A stretch of 64,000 bases of DNA. It comes from Flavobacteriales bacterium. GTDB taxonomy: Bacteria > Bacteroidota > Bacteroidia > Flavobacteriales_F > PHOS-HE28. This document shows, piece after piece, positions 50,505-61,300 of the stretch. The DNA lies in the NCBI GenBank assembly GCA_035325445.1, contig DAOKZW010000006.1, positions 23,776-87,775 of the forward strand, given 5' to 3'. Position numbers and translations under genes: made by a program. Every line of letters starts with the position of its first letter. The first letter of the stretch is position 1. The notes beneath the pieces are model-generated. The model was not told the origin of the DNA and did not search any database. It was given only the letters and a program-made list of their open reading frames with translations.

Positions 50505-53500
50505 CCACGTCCACCACTTGGCCTTCACGCACGTACAGGAGGGCGCCTTCCACGGGGCATCCCTCCACCTCGTTCAACAAGCGGGTGTAGTTGCGCACCT
50601 GCTCCTTGTGGTCGTCGAGCGCCTTCCCGGTCTTGATGTCCAGCACACGGAACACGCTCCCGTCGCGCACCACGCGGTCGGGCCGCCAAGCTTGGCCCTT
50701 CCCGTCGATCAAGGTCGATTCCGTATACACGTCCAAGCCCTCTCCGAAGAAGGGCGCCAATTCGGGCTTGGCCAGTACGGCCCCCAAGTGATCTCGCAAC
50801 CATTGCACCTCCCCGGCAGGGAGGCCCCATGCGGCCGCTTCCCGATCAATGGCCATCGGCAGATCGGCGGCGGTGCGCACCCGCTCCAGTATGGCATGTA
50901 CCGCCTTGCCGTGGCTACGGAAGGGGTCGGGGTCCGCGGGGTCCCACTCCTCCGGCGCTTCCCTTCGAATGGCCAGCGCACCTTCTTCCGTGTCCACGGC
51001 GGGGGTAAGGTTCATCACGGGCCGGGCCGGCACTTCTTTTTTGCGCCCCTCTTCCTTGCGCGGCCGTACCGACATGGAAATCCAGGTCTGTTCTTCGCTG
51101 AGTTCCAAGAAGGCACAGATGCCGGCCGAAAGGGATTGCCCCCTCTCGCTGGGCACGCTTATGTACAAGCGCTGCTCAGGCCTTGTGATGGCCACATAGA
51201 GGACATTCAGCTCATCCAGGCGTGAGAGGCGATTTTCCTGGATCGCCTCGGGCACAGCGAGCATACCCGGGTCCGAAAGCGTCTTTTTCTGCTGCACCAA
51301 CGCGGCCGGCAAGTCGGGCACATGCGGTCCGGGCGTTATCCAGATCCGTTCGCGCTTGTTGCCGCCAGGTGCCTTGCCCGCCTCTGGAATGATCACCACC
51401 GGGAATTGCAGGCCCTTGGCCTTGTGCACGGTCATGACCCGGATGGCATCGGGGTTCGGCGCGGCACCGGCCGGGCGCTTGTACACGGTGCGTTCCCAAT
51501 GCTCCAGGAAGCCCGACAGGTCATCTCCATTGGCCATGGCGAAAGTATGGGCCTCGTTGAGCAGGGCCATGGCAAACCCGTTCACGGCGGGATCACAGCC
51601 CAAGGCCAGGCCGATCTTCGTTATCAGCGCCACCAACGGCTGCCTGGCGTGGACATGGGGATGCCGGGTGCTCCAATGGTCCAACAACTCCCGGGGCTTT
51701 TTTCCTGCCGCGAACGGGTCCACGGCATCCTGCCCGTTGGCCGTAAAGACCGCGACCGACTGGGCGGCCCGGGCCGCCGTTTCATCGTTGCGATGGTGCA
51801 GCCATGCCAGCACATTCACGATGCCCATGGCCACGGGGCTGTGCCCCAAGGTGAATCCATCGGGCGCCACCACCGGCCAACCCCTTTCGACCAAACGCCT
51901 GCTGGCCGTGGCGCCTTGGTTCCCGCTGCGCACCAGCACGGCAATATCGCCTGTGCTGAAGCCGTCCGCCAAGCTGTCTTCCACCGCCTTGATCATCAGC
52001 TCCCAGGGGCGCTGTTTGAGTTGGTGCTTTTCCTCTTCGTCCAGATTTCTGCCTTTGGCCTTCACCGTGGGATAGGCGGTCACCTCCACGTAACCCTTGG
52101 AGCTGGACCTGAGCTCTTGTTCATGGGCTTCATATCCCTTTCGCTCCTCTTCATCCAGAAGCAGCTTGAGCGAGCCCGTCAATGCATTGTTGAACTCCAC
52201 GATACCGGCTGCTGAACGGTAATTCGCGTTCAGCGGCGGCACTTCCTTGTGGTTCCTGAGCAGCGTCCTTTCCAGCTCATCGCCCCGCTGCAACACCTCC
52301 TTGCCGAACAGCCCCGGGAATGATGTGAATTGCCTCACCTCCCCGTTGCGCCACCGGTAAATGGCCTGCTTGGCATCGCCGACGAGGAACACCGACCCTT
52401 CGGAGGACAGGGCATTCTCCACCAGCGGGAGCAGCGCGTGCCACTGCATGAGGCTGGTATCCTGGAACTCATCCACCAGGAAGTGCCTATAACGCTCACC
52501 GAGGCGTTCGTACAGGAATGGTGCAGGTTCCTCCTGCACGATCTCCATCACTTTCCGGGTAAGGTCGCTGAAGAATGAAACGCCTTCCTCCCGTTTCAGC
52601 TGCTCCAACCGTTGATCGATGGAATTGAGCGAGGCCGTAGGAAGCAGATCTCGCAGGATGGCCAGGTCCAGCGCATGCCTTCGCACTTCATCCCACCGTG
52701 CCTGCACCTCGTCATATACCTCGGACAACAGCGGCACCAGTCCCTCGATGGGCTTCACCGCGTAGTCCGGCGTCGATTTGGCGATCCAGTTGTCCGTGCT
52801 CCGCGCTTGGGCCATGCGCTGTTTCACCTCAATCCATTCCTCAAAATCCCGCAGGTCGCGGTAGAAGCTGATGTAGCCGTTGCGCTTGTATGGGAAATCA
52901 TCCTCGTCCAGTCCGGCGGCCTCCACGGCATCCATCACCTTCTTGCCGAGCGCCCGCATTTGCGCGCGGAATTCATTGGTACGGCGGCGCAACAGGTCGC
53001 GCACCTCGATGAACCGGGTGATGCCCATGTCCTTCAACCGGGCCAGGTGCACCAACGCCTCTTCCTTGCCCAGCTGCTTGGACAGCTCCAGCAGGGGCGC
53101 ATCCACCCGCCATGGTTTTTCCTCCTCCAGCAATTGCTCGCACGTGGCCACCAGCACTTGGGTGAGGGCAGGGTCATCACCGGCCTCTTCCAGCATCAGG
53201 TCGATGGCCTTGGCGCGGTAATACTCCTCCTCGGTGGTCATGCGTAACTCCTGGTCGAGCTGAAGTTCCCGTGTGAAGGGCATCACCACGCGGCGCGTGA
53301 ACGAATCGATGGTGGTGACCGCCAGTTGCGACCAGTGGTGGAGCATGTGGGTGAGCGTGGCCTTTGCGCGGCGGTGCACCTCATCGGCCCCGATACCGGC
53401 CTGGGCCATCACTTCATTCAACACATCCTTTTCCGTCGCCTTTTCCAAGGGCTTTCCGCTGGCCAAGGCCTCCAGATACTCCAGCACCCGCTCGCGCATT

Positions 53501-53646
53501 TCCGCGGCAGCCTTGTTGGTGAAGGTGAGGGCCAGGATGCCGGCATAGGTATCGGCATCCTTCTTCCCCAGTGCAAGCACGAGGTAGCGTTTCACCAAGG
53601 CGTGGGTCTTGCCGGCCCCGGCGGAACTGTGGAGGACAGTGAACAT
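50497..53646 (-). CDS. AddA-like UvrD/Rep-family helicase with C-terminal PD-(D/E)XK nuclease
   Basis: Walker A SAGAGKTHAL, UvrD motifs, and C-terminal RPDRV...VLDIKTGK...Q.RNY nuclease motif. 1049 aa. Confidence 0.85.
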   Translation of the reverse strand: MFTVLHSSAGAGKTHALVKRYLVLALGKKDADTYAGILALTFTNKAAAEMRERVLEYLEALASGKPLEKATEKDVLNEVMAQAGIGADEVHRRAKATLTHMLHHWSQLAVTTIDSFTRRVVMPFTRELQLDQELRMTTEEEYYRAKAIDLMLEEAGDDPALTQVLVATCEQLLEEEKPWRVDAPLLELSKQLGKEEALVHLARLKDMGITRFIEVRDLLRRRTNEFRAQMRALGKKVMDAVEAAGLDEDDFPYKRNGYISFYRDLRDFEEWIEVKQRMAQARSTDNWIAKSTPDYAVKPIEGLVPLLSEVYDEVQARWDEVRRHALDLAILRDLLPTASLNSIDQRLEQLKREEGVSFFSDLTRKVMEIVQEEPAPFLYERLGERYRHFLVDEFQDTSLMQWHALLPLVENALSSEGSVFLVGDAKQAIYRWRNGEVRQFTSFPGLFGKEVLQRGDELERTLLRNHKEVPPLNANYRSAAGIVEFNNALTGSLKLLLDEEERKGYEAHEQELRSSSKGYVEVTAYPTVKAKGRNLDEEEKHQLKQRPWELMIKAVEDSLADGFSTGDIAVLVRSGNQGATASRRLVERGWPVVAPDGFTLGHSPVAMGIVNVLAWLHHRNDETAARAAQSVAVFTANGQDAVDPFAAGKKPRELLDHWSTRHPHVHARQPLVALITKIGLALGCDPAVNGFAMALLNEAHTFAMANGDDLSGFLEHWERTVYKRPAGAAPNPDAIRVMTVHKAKGLQFPVVIIPEAGKAPGGNKRERIWITPGPHVPDLPAALVQQKKTLSDPGMLAVPEAIQENRLSRLDELNVLYVAITRPEQRLYISVPSERGQSLSAGICAFLELSEEQTWISMSVRPRKEEGRKKEVPARPVMNLTPAVDTEEGALAIRREAPEEWDPADPDPFRSHGKAVHAILERVRTAADLPMAIDREAAAWGLPAGEVQWLRDHLGAVLAKPELAPFFGEGLDVYTESTLIDGKGQAWRPDRVVRDGSVFRVLDIKTGKALDDHKEQVRNYTRLLNEVEGCPVEGALLYVREGQVVDVDA

Positions 53647-53794
53647 GGACCGACCAAGATACTCCGCATTCCATCCTTCTTATTTCCGATATCACGTTCT
53701 GCCGCATCCGGTCCGGCAATGCAGGTCCTCCGGGCCGGGGCCGTAATTTCGTGGGCGCAGCTCCCTTGTTCCAACCCGCCGTAAGCCCCCCAAT

Positions 53795-54559
53795 ATGCCG
53801 AGGTCCACTACCGGTTACCTGATCCTCCTGGTCGCATTGGCCTTCTCCGCTTGTCGCAAAGACCCCGCCCCCCCGACCCCGGAAGGGCCGTTGCGCGTGC
53901 CTCTTCTTCTCACCGTGAAGCCCCTCTGGAACGGGGCTCCGTTCGACAAGAACACGGTGTATGAGGCCGCCGGCCAACGGGTCCAGGTGACGGAATTGAA
54001 ATTCTTCCTGTCACCCGTGGGGCTTACCGGACCGGGTGTGGCGAGCGAGCTGTTCGACGCCGACCTGTTCAACGTGACCAACGGTGCTGAACACCGCACG
54101 CTCTCCGTGGAGGCCGGGGAATACCACACCTTGCACCTGGGTCTGGGCCTTCCGTACGAGCTCAATCATCGCGACCTGGCCACCATTCCGCCGAACGCCC
54201 CCACCGGCAACAACAGCGCCATGTACTGGAGCTGGGGCCTGCAATACCGGTTCGTGATCTTCTCCGGCAGGTTCGACAGCGATCCGGCCGGGATCGGCAC
54301 GCCCCTGTATACCTTCGATCTGCACACCGGCCTGGACACGTGCTACCGCGCACGCAGCCTGCCTTTGCACGCCGATGCCGTGGACGGCGACACCCTTCGC
54401 CTGGCCATCAACGTGGACATCGCCCGGTTCTTCTCTGATGGCAACGATGTGCTGGACCTTTCACAAGGCGCGATCTGGCATGGCGACGTGGACCAGCTTC
54501 CCTTGGCGCTGAAAGCCGCCGATCTTCAGATAAAGGCATTCTCGGTGGAGTTGGAATGA
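53795..54559 (+). CDS. MbnP-like periplasmic lipoprotein (partner of a MbnH/MauG-type diheme peroxidase)
   Basis: Lipobox LALAFSAC. ~250-aa beta-rich protein, translationally coupled (ATGA 54556-54559) to a diheme CCP. The call rests mainly on this conserved pairing and its size. Confidence 0.45.
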   Translation: MPRSTTGYLILLVALAFSACRKDPAPPTPEGPLRVPLLLTVKPLWNGAPFDKNTVYEAAGQRVQVTELKFFLSPVGLTGPGVASELFDADLFNVTNGAEHRTLSVEAGEYHTLHLGLGLPYELNHRDLATIPPNAPTGNNSAMYWSWGLQYRFVIFSGRFDSDPAGIGTPLYTFDLHTGLDTCYRARSLPLHADAVDGDTLRLAINVDIARFFSDGNDVLDLSQGAIWHGDVDQLPLALKAADLQIKAFSVELE

Positions 54560-55572
54560 GCCGGGGCGTGTTAACCGTGATCGGACTGGCCCTCCTACTG
54601 GCGGGCGTAGCGGGTTGCACAAAGGAACCGGACATACCCACCGGCACTTCCATCGTCCTGTTCAGTCCTGAGGTGCCTCCCGGATGGCCGATGCCGCCCG
54701 TGCGCGAGGACAATCCGCTCACCATGGCCAGCGTACAACTGGGCAAGGCCCTGTTCTTCGATGAACGACTTTCGTTGGGACGCGGCCTCTCCTGTGCATC
54801 CTGCCACAGGCCCGGATCAGCCTTCAGCGATACGGTGGCGCTGAGCCTTGGCGTGCACGGCACCCCCGGCATGCGCAACGCGCCCACGTTGGCCAATGTG
54901 GCCTACCACCCTTCGCTCCACCGCGATGGCGCCGCACCCTCCCTGGAGCAGCAGGTGCTTGTGCCGCTTTTCGATGAGAGGGAATTGGACAGCGACCCGC
55001 AACAGGTGGTGGACCTGCTGAAGGGCGACCCTGCTATCCGGGCCATGGCGATGGAGGCATACGGCCGGCCCTTCGACCTGTACGTGCTCACACGTGCGAT
55101 CGCCAACTACGAGCGCACGTTGATCGGTGGGCGTAGCCGTTACGATCGTTACCTGAACGGTGATACCGCCGCGCTGGACGGGGCCGAACGGCATGGCATG
55201 GCGTTGTTCTTCGGTGATGCCAACTGCTCGGCCTGCCATACAGGCTTCGATCTCAGCGACCATGGCTTCCACAACGTGGGCACTGCGGGCGGTGCCGACC
55301 ATGGCCGGCAGCGGATCACGCTCGATCCCGCCGACCGCGGCAAATTCAAGACGCCCACCTTACGGAACGTTGCGCTCACCGCACCGTATATGCACGATGG
55401 AAGCATGGCCACCCTGGAAGAAACGATCGCATACTTCAATGGTGGTGGCCATGCCGACCCGGGCAAAGACCCGTTGATGGCGCCGTTGCACCTCACACCG
55501 GCACAGATGGCGGACCTGGCGGCTTTCCTTCGCTCGTTGACGGATGAGCAACCCTTGGACCACGTGGAATGA
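54556..55572 (+). CDS. diheme cytochrome c peroxidase (CCP/MauG/MbnH family)
   Basis: Two CXXCH motifs (CASCHRPG; CSACHTGF). Signal peptide/lipobox. Confidence 0.85.
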   Translation: MSRGVLTVIGLALLLAGVAGCTKEPDIPTGTSIVLFSPEVPPGWPMPPVREDNPLTMASVQLGKALFFDERLSLGRGLSCASCHRPGSAFSDTVALSLGVHGTPGMRNAPTLANVAYHPSLHRDGAAPSLEQQVLVPLFDERELDSDPQQVVDLLKGDPAIRAMAMEAYGRPFDLYVLTRAIANYERTLIGGRSRYDRYLNGDTAALDGAERHGMALFFGDANCSACHTGFDLSDHGFHNVGTAGGADHGRQRITLDPADRGKFKTPTLRNVALTAPYMHDGSMATLEETIAYFNGGGHADPGKDPLMAPLHLTPAQMADLAAFLRSLTDEQPLDHVE

Positions 55573-56717
55573 TGGACCGGCAGCATCACATCCTGCTCGC
55601 ACTTTGTGGGCTGATCATGGCCGCGGCGGCATGCAAGCGCGAGGAGCTGGCGGACGCCCCGGCGGAGACAGGTGCCGTGGGCACGCCATATACCCTGCAC
55701 ATCCCGGCCAACCTGCCGCCCATGGACATGCCGGCGGACAATCCGCTGACCGTGGAAGGCGTGGCCTTGGGCCGGTTCCTCTTCTACGAGGAACGCCTGA
55801 GCGGGAACAATGGCATGAGCTGCGCCAGCTGCCACATGCAGGCCCGCGGCTTCACGGACGGCAAGGCCGTGAGCAAGGGCATCGACAGCATCGCCGGCAC
55901 ACGCAGCGCCATGCCGCTGATCAACCTCGGCTACGGCAACTTCTTCTTCTGGGACGGGCGGGCATCCAGCCTGGAGGAACAGGCGCTGGAGCCCGTGGTG
56001 AACCCGGTGGAAATGCACGATACCTGGCCCAACGTCATGGGCAAGCTGCAGGCGGACCCGGTCTATCCCACCCTGTTCAAACGGGCCTTCGGCACGGACC
56101 AGATCGACTCCATGCTGGTGGCCAAGGCCCTCGCGCAATTCATGCGTACCATGATCAGCGGCAACAGCCCTTTCGACAAGTTCAGGCGGGGCGAAGGTCT
56201 TATTTCCGTTGATGCCCAGGTGGGGTTCAACCTGTTCCAGATCGAAGGGGGAAGCCCCGGACAGATCATCCCCGTGGCGGGCAGCATGCCGGTGATCGGG
56301 CAAGGCGGTGCGGACTGTTTCCACTGCCACACGGCCGATGCCGGCCTCTTCACCGATGAGCAATTCCACAACAACGGGCTCGACACGGTTTTCCCCGATC
56401 CGGGGCGTGCCGGTGTGACGAATGACCCTTGGGACCTGGGCAAATTCAAGGCACCCACCCTTCGCAACATCATGGCAACGGCACCCTACATGCACGACGG
56501 CCGCTTCGCCACCATCGACGAGGTGCTCGACCACTACAACTCCGGGGGCCATCATTCCCCCACGGTGGACCCCTTCATGAAGTTCACGGACCCGGACATG
56601 GACCTGGGCCTAACGCCCCTGAAGCGCCAGCAGATCAAGGCCTTTTTGCAGTCCTTGACGGACGAGGAGTTCTTGAACAACCCGTCTTTCCAGGACCCGG
56701 GGCCTCCGCACCTGTAA
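55569..56717 (+). CDS. diheme cytochrome c peroxidase (second tandem paralogue)
   Basis: CASCHMQARG and CFHCHTADAG heme motifs. ATGA overlap with the upstream CCP (55569-55572). Confidence 0.85.
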   Translation: MMDRQHHILLALCGLIMAAAACKREELADAPAETGAVGTPYTLHIPANLPPMDMPADNPLTVEGVALGRFLFYEERLSGNNGMSCASCHMQARGFTDGKAVSKGIDSIAGTRSAMPLINLGYGNFFFWDGRASSLEEQALEPVVNPVEMHDTWPNVMGKLQADPVYPTLFKRAFGTDQIDSMLVAKALAQFMRTMISGNSPFDKFRRGEGLISVDAQVGFNLFQIEGGSPGQIIPVAGSMPVIGQGGADCFHCHTADAGLFTDEQFHNNGLDTVFPDPGRAGVTNDPWDLGKFKAPTLRNIMATAPYMHDGRFATIDEVLDHYNSGGHHSPTVDPFMKFTDPDMDLGLTPLKRQQIKAFLQSLTDEEFLNNPSFQDPGPPHL

Positions 56718-56737
56718 AACCTGCTGCGTCCCGGCGG

Positions 56738-58252
56738 TCAGGCTGCACGGATGCCCGCATCGGGTCTCCATGTGGTGCAGCGCATGCGGTCATTCAGCAC
56801 TTCCGGCTTGAAGATGCTGGTGCCCATCAACATGCGTGCGCACTCCTGCACTCCCTCGGTGATGCTGGGATGCGGGTGCATCAACGCGGCCAGGCGGGCT
56901 ATGCCCATGCCCTCGCTGATCATCAGCGCAACCGCCTGGATGGCGCTGCTGGCATGCTCACCGACGGCCCGCATGCCGAGCACCTTCATCTCCTCATCAT
57001 CCGTGACGATGAGCTTGAAGAACCCTTTGGTGTGGCGCATGGCGATGGCCCGCGCCAAGCAACTGTAGTCGATCCGGGCCGTGCGATGTGGGATCTCCCT
57101 TCGTCGGCAATCCTGCTCATTCAGGCCCACGCCGGCCACCTCGGGATCGAGGAACATGATGGTGCTCACGTTCGCATGGCTCAGCGGTTCCTCATGGACA
57201 TGGAAAAGCCTTTCCACGGCATGGCGGCCTTCCTGTTCCCCGATATTGACGAGCATGTTGGCGCCCATGGCATCGCCCACCACATGGATGTGCGGTTGCG
57301 AGCTTCGGGTTCCGTCCAGCACCACATTGCCGGTATCATCGCGCCGTACGCCGGCCAACTCCAGGTCCAATTGGTCCACGTTGGCCACGCGCCCCACTGA
57401 AAGCAGTGCTTTCTCGACGGCCACCTCCTCGGTGCGCCCGTCCTCGTACCGCAACAGGTAGCGCACGGCATCCGGCTCCGCCTCTATCCGCTCCAGGCGC
57501 GCCTGATGATGGATAACCACGCCCTTCCGTTCCAGATTGCCGGCGACCAGGGCGGACACATCCTCGTCCTCGAACGGCAGTATACGCGGGGCACGATCGA
57601 TAAGATGGACCTTGGTTTGTCCGAAGTTGCTGAAGATGGTGGCAAACTCGCAGCCCACCACACCGGCACCGATGATGACGATGCTCGCGGGCAGCTTGTT
57701 CATGCTGAAGATGCCGTCACTGGACAGGATCCGTTGCTCATCCACGGCGATGCCCGGCAATGTTCTCGGTCGGCTACCCGTGGCGATGATGAATTTTTGG
57801 GCTCGCACCGTGGAAACAACACCCTCCCTTACCACCTGCACCGTTTGCGGGTCCACGAACCGGGCATGGCCCCGCACATGCTTGAAGGCGCCCTTGGCCG
57901 CACCGGGCCGCGCCTCCATCATCTGCATGTGGCACGCATGCAAATACTTGCGTTCAAACAAGGCTTCGTTGACCGTTTTGGCGACCTCCGTCCAGGGCAT
58001 GCTGAAGCGTTCGCGGTTCTTGCCCCGCAGCACCTCATTCGCCGTGGCGATACGATGGCTCAATTCCCACAGCGTCTTGGAGGCCAGGGCACCATTGTAA
58101 ATACCGGTTCCCCCGATGCGTTCGCGCTCTATCAGCACCACATTCCTGCCCAAGTCCAACGCACGCATGGCCGCCGCGTAGCCGGCCGGCCCGCCACCGA
58201 TCACACACAGATCATGATCAACCGTTCTGTCCATTCCAACAGGTTCGGGCAT
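56738..58252 (-). CDS. FAD/NAD(P) pyridine-nucleotide-disulfide oxidoreductase family protein, soluble transhydrogenase (SthA)-like
   Basis: GxGxxG FAD (CVIGGGPAGY) and NAD (IIGAGVVGCEF) folds. Dimerisation motif HPHPSITE. No CXXXXC redox disulfide (GGTGIYNGALASK). Confidence 0.7.
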   Translation of the reverse strand: MPEPVGMDRTVDHDLCVIGGGPAGYAAAMRALDLGRNVVLIERERIGGTGIYNGALASKTLWELSHRIATANEVLRGKNRERFSMPWTEVAKTVNEALFERKYLHACHMQMMEARPGAAKGAFKHVRGHARFVDPQTVQVVREGVVSTVRAQKFIIATGSRPRTLPGIAVDEQRILSSDGIFSMNKLPASIVIIGAGVVGCEFATIFSNFGQTKVHLIDRAPRILPFEDEDVSALVAGNLERKGVVIHHQARLERIEAEPDAVRYLLRYEDGRTEEVAVEKALLSVGRVANVDQLDLELAGVRRDDTGNVVLDGTRSSQPHIHVVGDAMGANMLVNIGEQEGRHAVERLFHVHEEPLSHANVSTIMFLDPEVAGVGLNEQDCRRREIPHRTARIDYSCLARAIAMRHTKGFFKLIVTDDEEMKVLGMRAVGEHASSAIQAVALMISEGMGIARLAALMHPHPSITEGVQECARMLMGTSIFKPEVLNDRMRCTTWRPDAGIRAA

Positions 58253-58395
58253 TCCTACGCTCCGGAGGCGGTTTGGTTATTCCGGATGCCCGTTCATTGG
58301 ATCGTTGCTTTCCCCCGCCCCCTCCAGTCGGGTGATTCGTCGAAAGAATCGGGCGCCCGTATCCAAACCGGGCCATCCGGCGTACAGAAGCCACC

Positions 58396-61300
58396 ATGCT
58401 CCCGCGTCAACTATTCCGTTACTTCCTGCCCATTGCTTGGGCAGTGCTGCTTGGCGGGCCTTTGCACGCGCAGTGCCCCGAGCTTTTCGACAGCAATGGC
58501 GACCCGAGCCCGGTGCCGCGATGGGTAAGCTGTTCGGGCGGCAACTTCACCTTGTTGATCGCCTCTCCCAACCCCACCGGCGCCTACACCATTGATTGGG
58601 GTGATGGCACGCCGCCCATGAGCGGTGCCAGCCTGGTGCCTCCGCAGACCGTTACCCACGTTTATCCGGCGGCGGTGGCCACGTACACCGTCACCTTCAC
58701 GGAGATCACCAGCGGCTGCGTGGTCACCGGAACCGTGATCATGGAGAAAAGCACGAGCGCCTCGATCCAGATCCCCATTGGCGGCCTGACACAAGCCTGT
58801 GCACCGCAATCCCTCGACTTCATCAACAGCAGCACCAATACCTCGCCGAACACGGTGTTCCACTGGAACTTCGGCGATGGCACGGGCTGGACGGCCTATC
58901 CCTACACCAATCTCGGGCAAACGCTCACGCACATGTACATGCCCGGCACGGTGGGTTGCGAGACCACGGTACGGCTGCGTGCCGAAAACATCTGCAACAC
59001 CTTGCAAGGGGGGCCCAGCATCGCCACCTTCAACCCCATCCGGATCTGGGACCTCGACTCCGCCGAGATCTCACCCAGCGCCACGCTGCTCTGCTGGCCC
59101 GACAACCAGGTGACCTACCTGAACACCACGCGGCGCAACTGCTACAACCAAGGCAACATCTACCAGCGCTACGAATACTGGAACTTCGGTGATTACTGGG
59201 GAACCGGGCAAGACTCCATCATCGACTGGACACCCTGGCCGCCCACCTTCCCGCACACGATCGCCTATCCGGGCATCGGCTCCTACGACGTGATGCTGCT
59301 GGACAGCAACTACTGCGGGATCGACACCACCTACGTCACGATCAACATCGTGCCTCCTCCTTCCGTGGCGGTAAACGCCAACCCCACGCCCGTATGTGCG
59401 GGCGAACTGGTGAACTTCACGCAAACCACCAGCGGCGGGGCCAACTACTTCCAGTGGGACTTTGACGAGGGGAACGGGTTCCAATGGACCAACGCGGGGA
59501 ACCAGAGCCACATCTTCAACACGCAGGGCGTGTACAACGTGAGCTACACGGCCAGCATACAAGGTGCCACGGCAGGTTGCGCGGACACGGCCACGGTGGC
59601 CGTTACCGTGCTGCCCAGTCCCACCGCCCAATTCACCCTTGACCAGGACGCGGCCTGCACCTCGTTGACGGTCCAGGCGACGAACACAAGCGTGAACGCG
59701 GTGAGCTACCTCTGGGATTTCGGGGACGGGACAACGAGCACCCTTGCCAACCCGCCACCCCATACCTATTCCAGCATCGGCGCCTACACCATCACGCTTA
59801 CTGCCATCAACAGCCAAGGCTGCCACAACACCACCACCGGGACCGTACACGTGTATGCGGTGCCCAGCCCTGTTATCGGTGCCCAGAACGTATGTGAGGG
59901 TTCCGATGCCCAATTCGCGGACCTCACCATCACGGAGCCGGGCAACCCGGTACAGGGCTGGTATTGGGACCTGGGCGACGGCACCGCGAGCACCGACCAG
60001 GCCCCGACCCATACCTATGCGGCCAGCGGCACCTATACGGTAACGCTGACCGTGACCACGCCCTATTGCTCCGGCACGGGCAGCAGCACCATCACCGTGG
60101 AACCCAAGCCGGTGGCCGGCCTGACCGCGAGCCCCGTCGCCGGGTGCTCGCCCATGAGCGTCCAGTTCGCCAACACGAGCACGGGGGCGACCAACTACAT
60201 CTGGCAGTTCGGCGATGGCGGCAGCGACAATGCCACGGACCCGGTTCACACCTACTACAATGCTGGCACCACGGACACCGTGTACACCGCCCGGCTGATC
60301 GCCGGCACGACCTTCGGCTGCCATGATACGACAAGCCTGGCCATCACCGTCGCCCCCACGGTGTTCGCCATGTTCACCCACAATGCGGTACCGGGCTGCG
60401 CCCCCTTGGCGGTCGATTTCACGAATAACAGTACAGGGGCCACGAGCTACCTGTGGGACTTCGGTGACGGAACGACCAGCACGGACCATTCGCCATCGCA
60501 CACCTACATCAACACCTCCGGTGTGCTGCAGATCATGACGATGCAGCTCACCGTGTCCAACTGGGCCGGGTGCAGCAGCAGCACCCAACAGCAGATCATC
60601 GTCTATCCCGCGCCCCACTTCACCTTCAGCGCCCAGCCCGACAGCGGTTGCTCGCCGCTGACGGTCACCTTCCCGTCGGTGATCGGCGCCATCAGCTACC
60701 AATGGAATTTCGGGGACGGAAGCACCGGCAGCGGGCCCACGCCGCAGCACACCTACATCAACAGCACGGGCAGCACCGTGCACTACCCCGTAAGCCTGGT
60801 GGCCACCAATGCATTCGGATGTACGGACAGCACTTCCGGGACCATCACCGTCTTCGCCTCACCAACGGCGCAATTCACCGTTGGCGCCACCTCCGGCTGC
60901 CATCCGTTGGCCGCCACCCTCACCAACCAGTCGCAAGGCGCGAGCAGTTACCATTGGTCCTATGGCGACGGCCAATCCTCCGATACCACCGCCCTTGCAC
61001 ACGGGCACACTTGGTACAACTTCATCGGGCCGGGATCCAGCTCCTACCCCGTTACCCTGACGGCTTATTCTACGGAAGGCTGCAGCAGCACTTCCAGCAC
61101 CACCGTCGGTGTGCATCCCTGGGTGAATGCCGCCTTCGTGGTGGACAGCGCCGGCTGCTCGCCCTTGACCCCGCATTTCGTGAACCTGAGCACCGGGGCA
61201 ACCAGTTATCTCTGGACCTTCGGCGACGGGTCGGGCAGCCTTTCCACCAACCCGTCGCACACGTACTCCCACAACGGCCTGTCGGACACCTTTTTCCACC

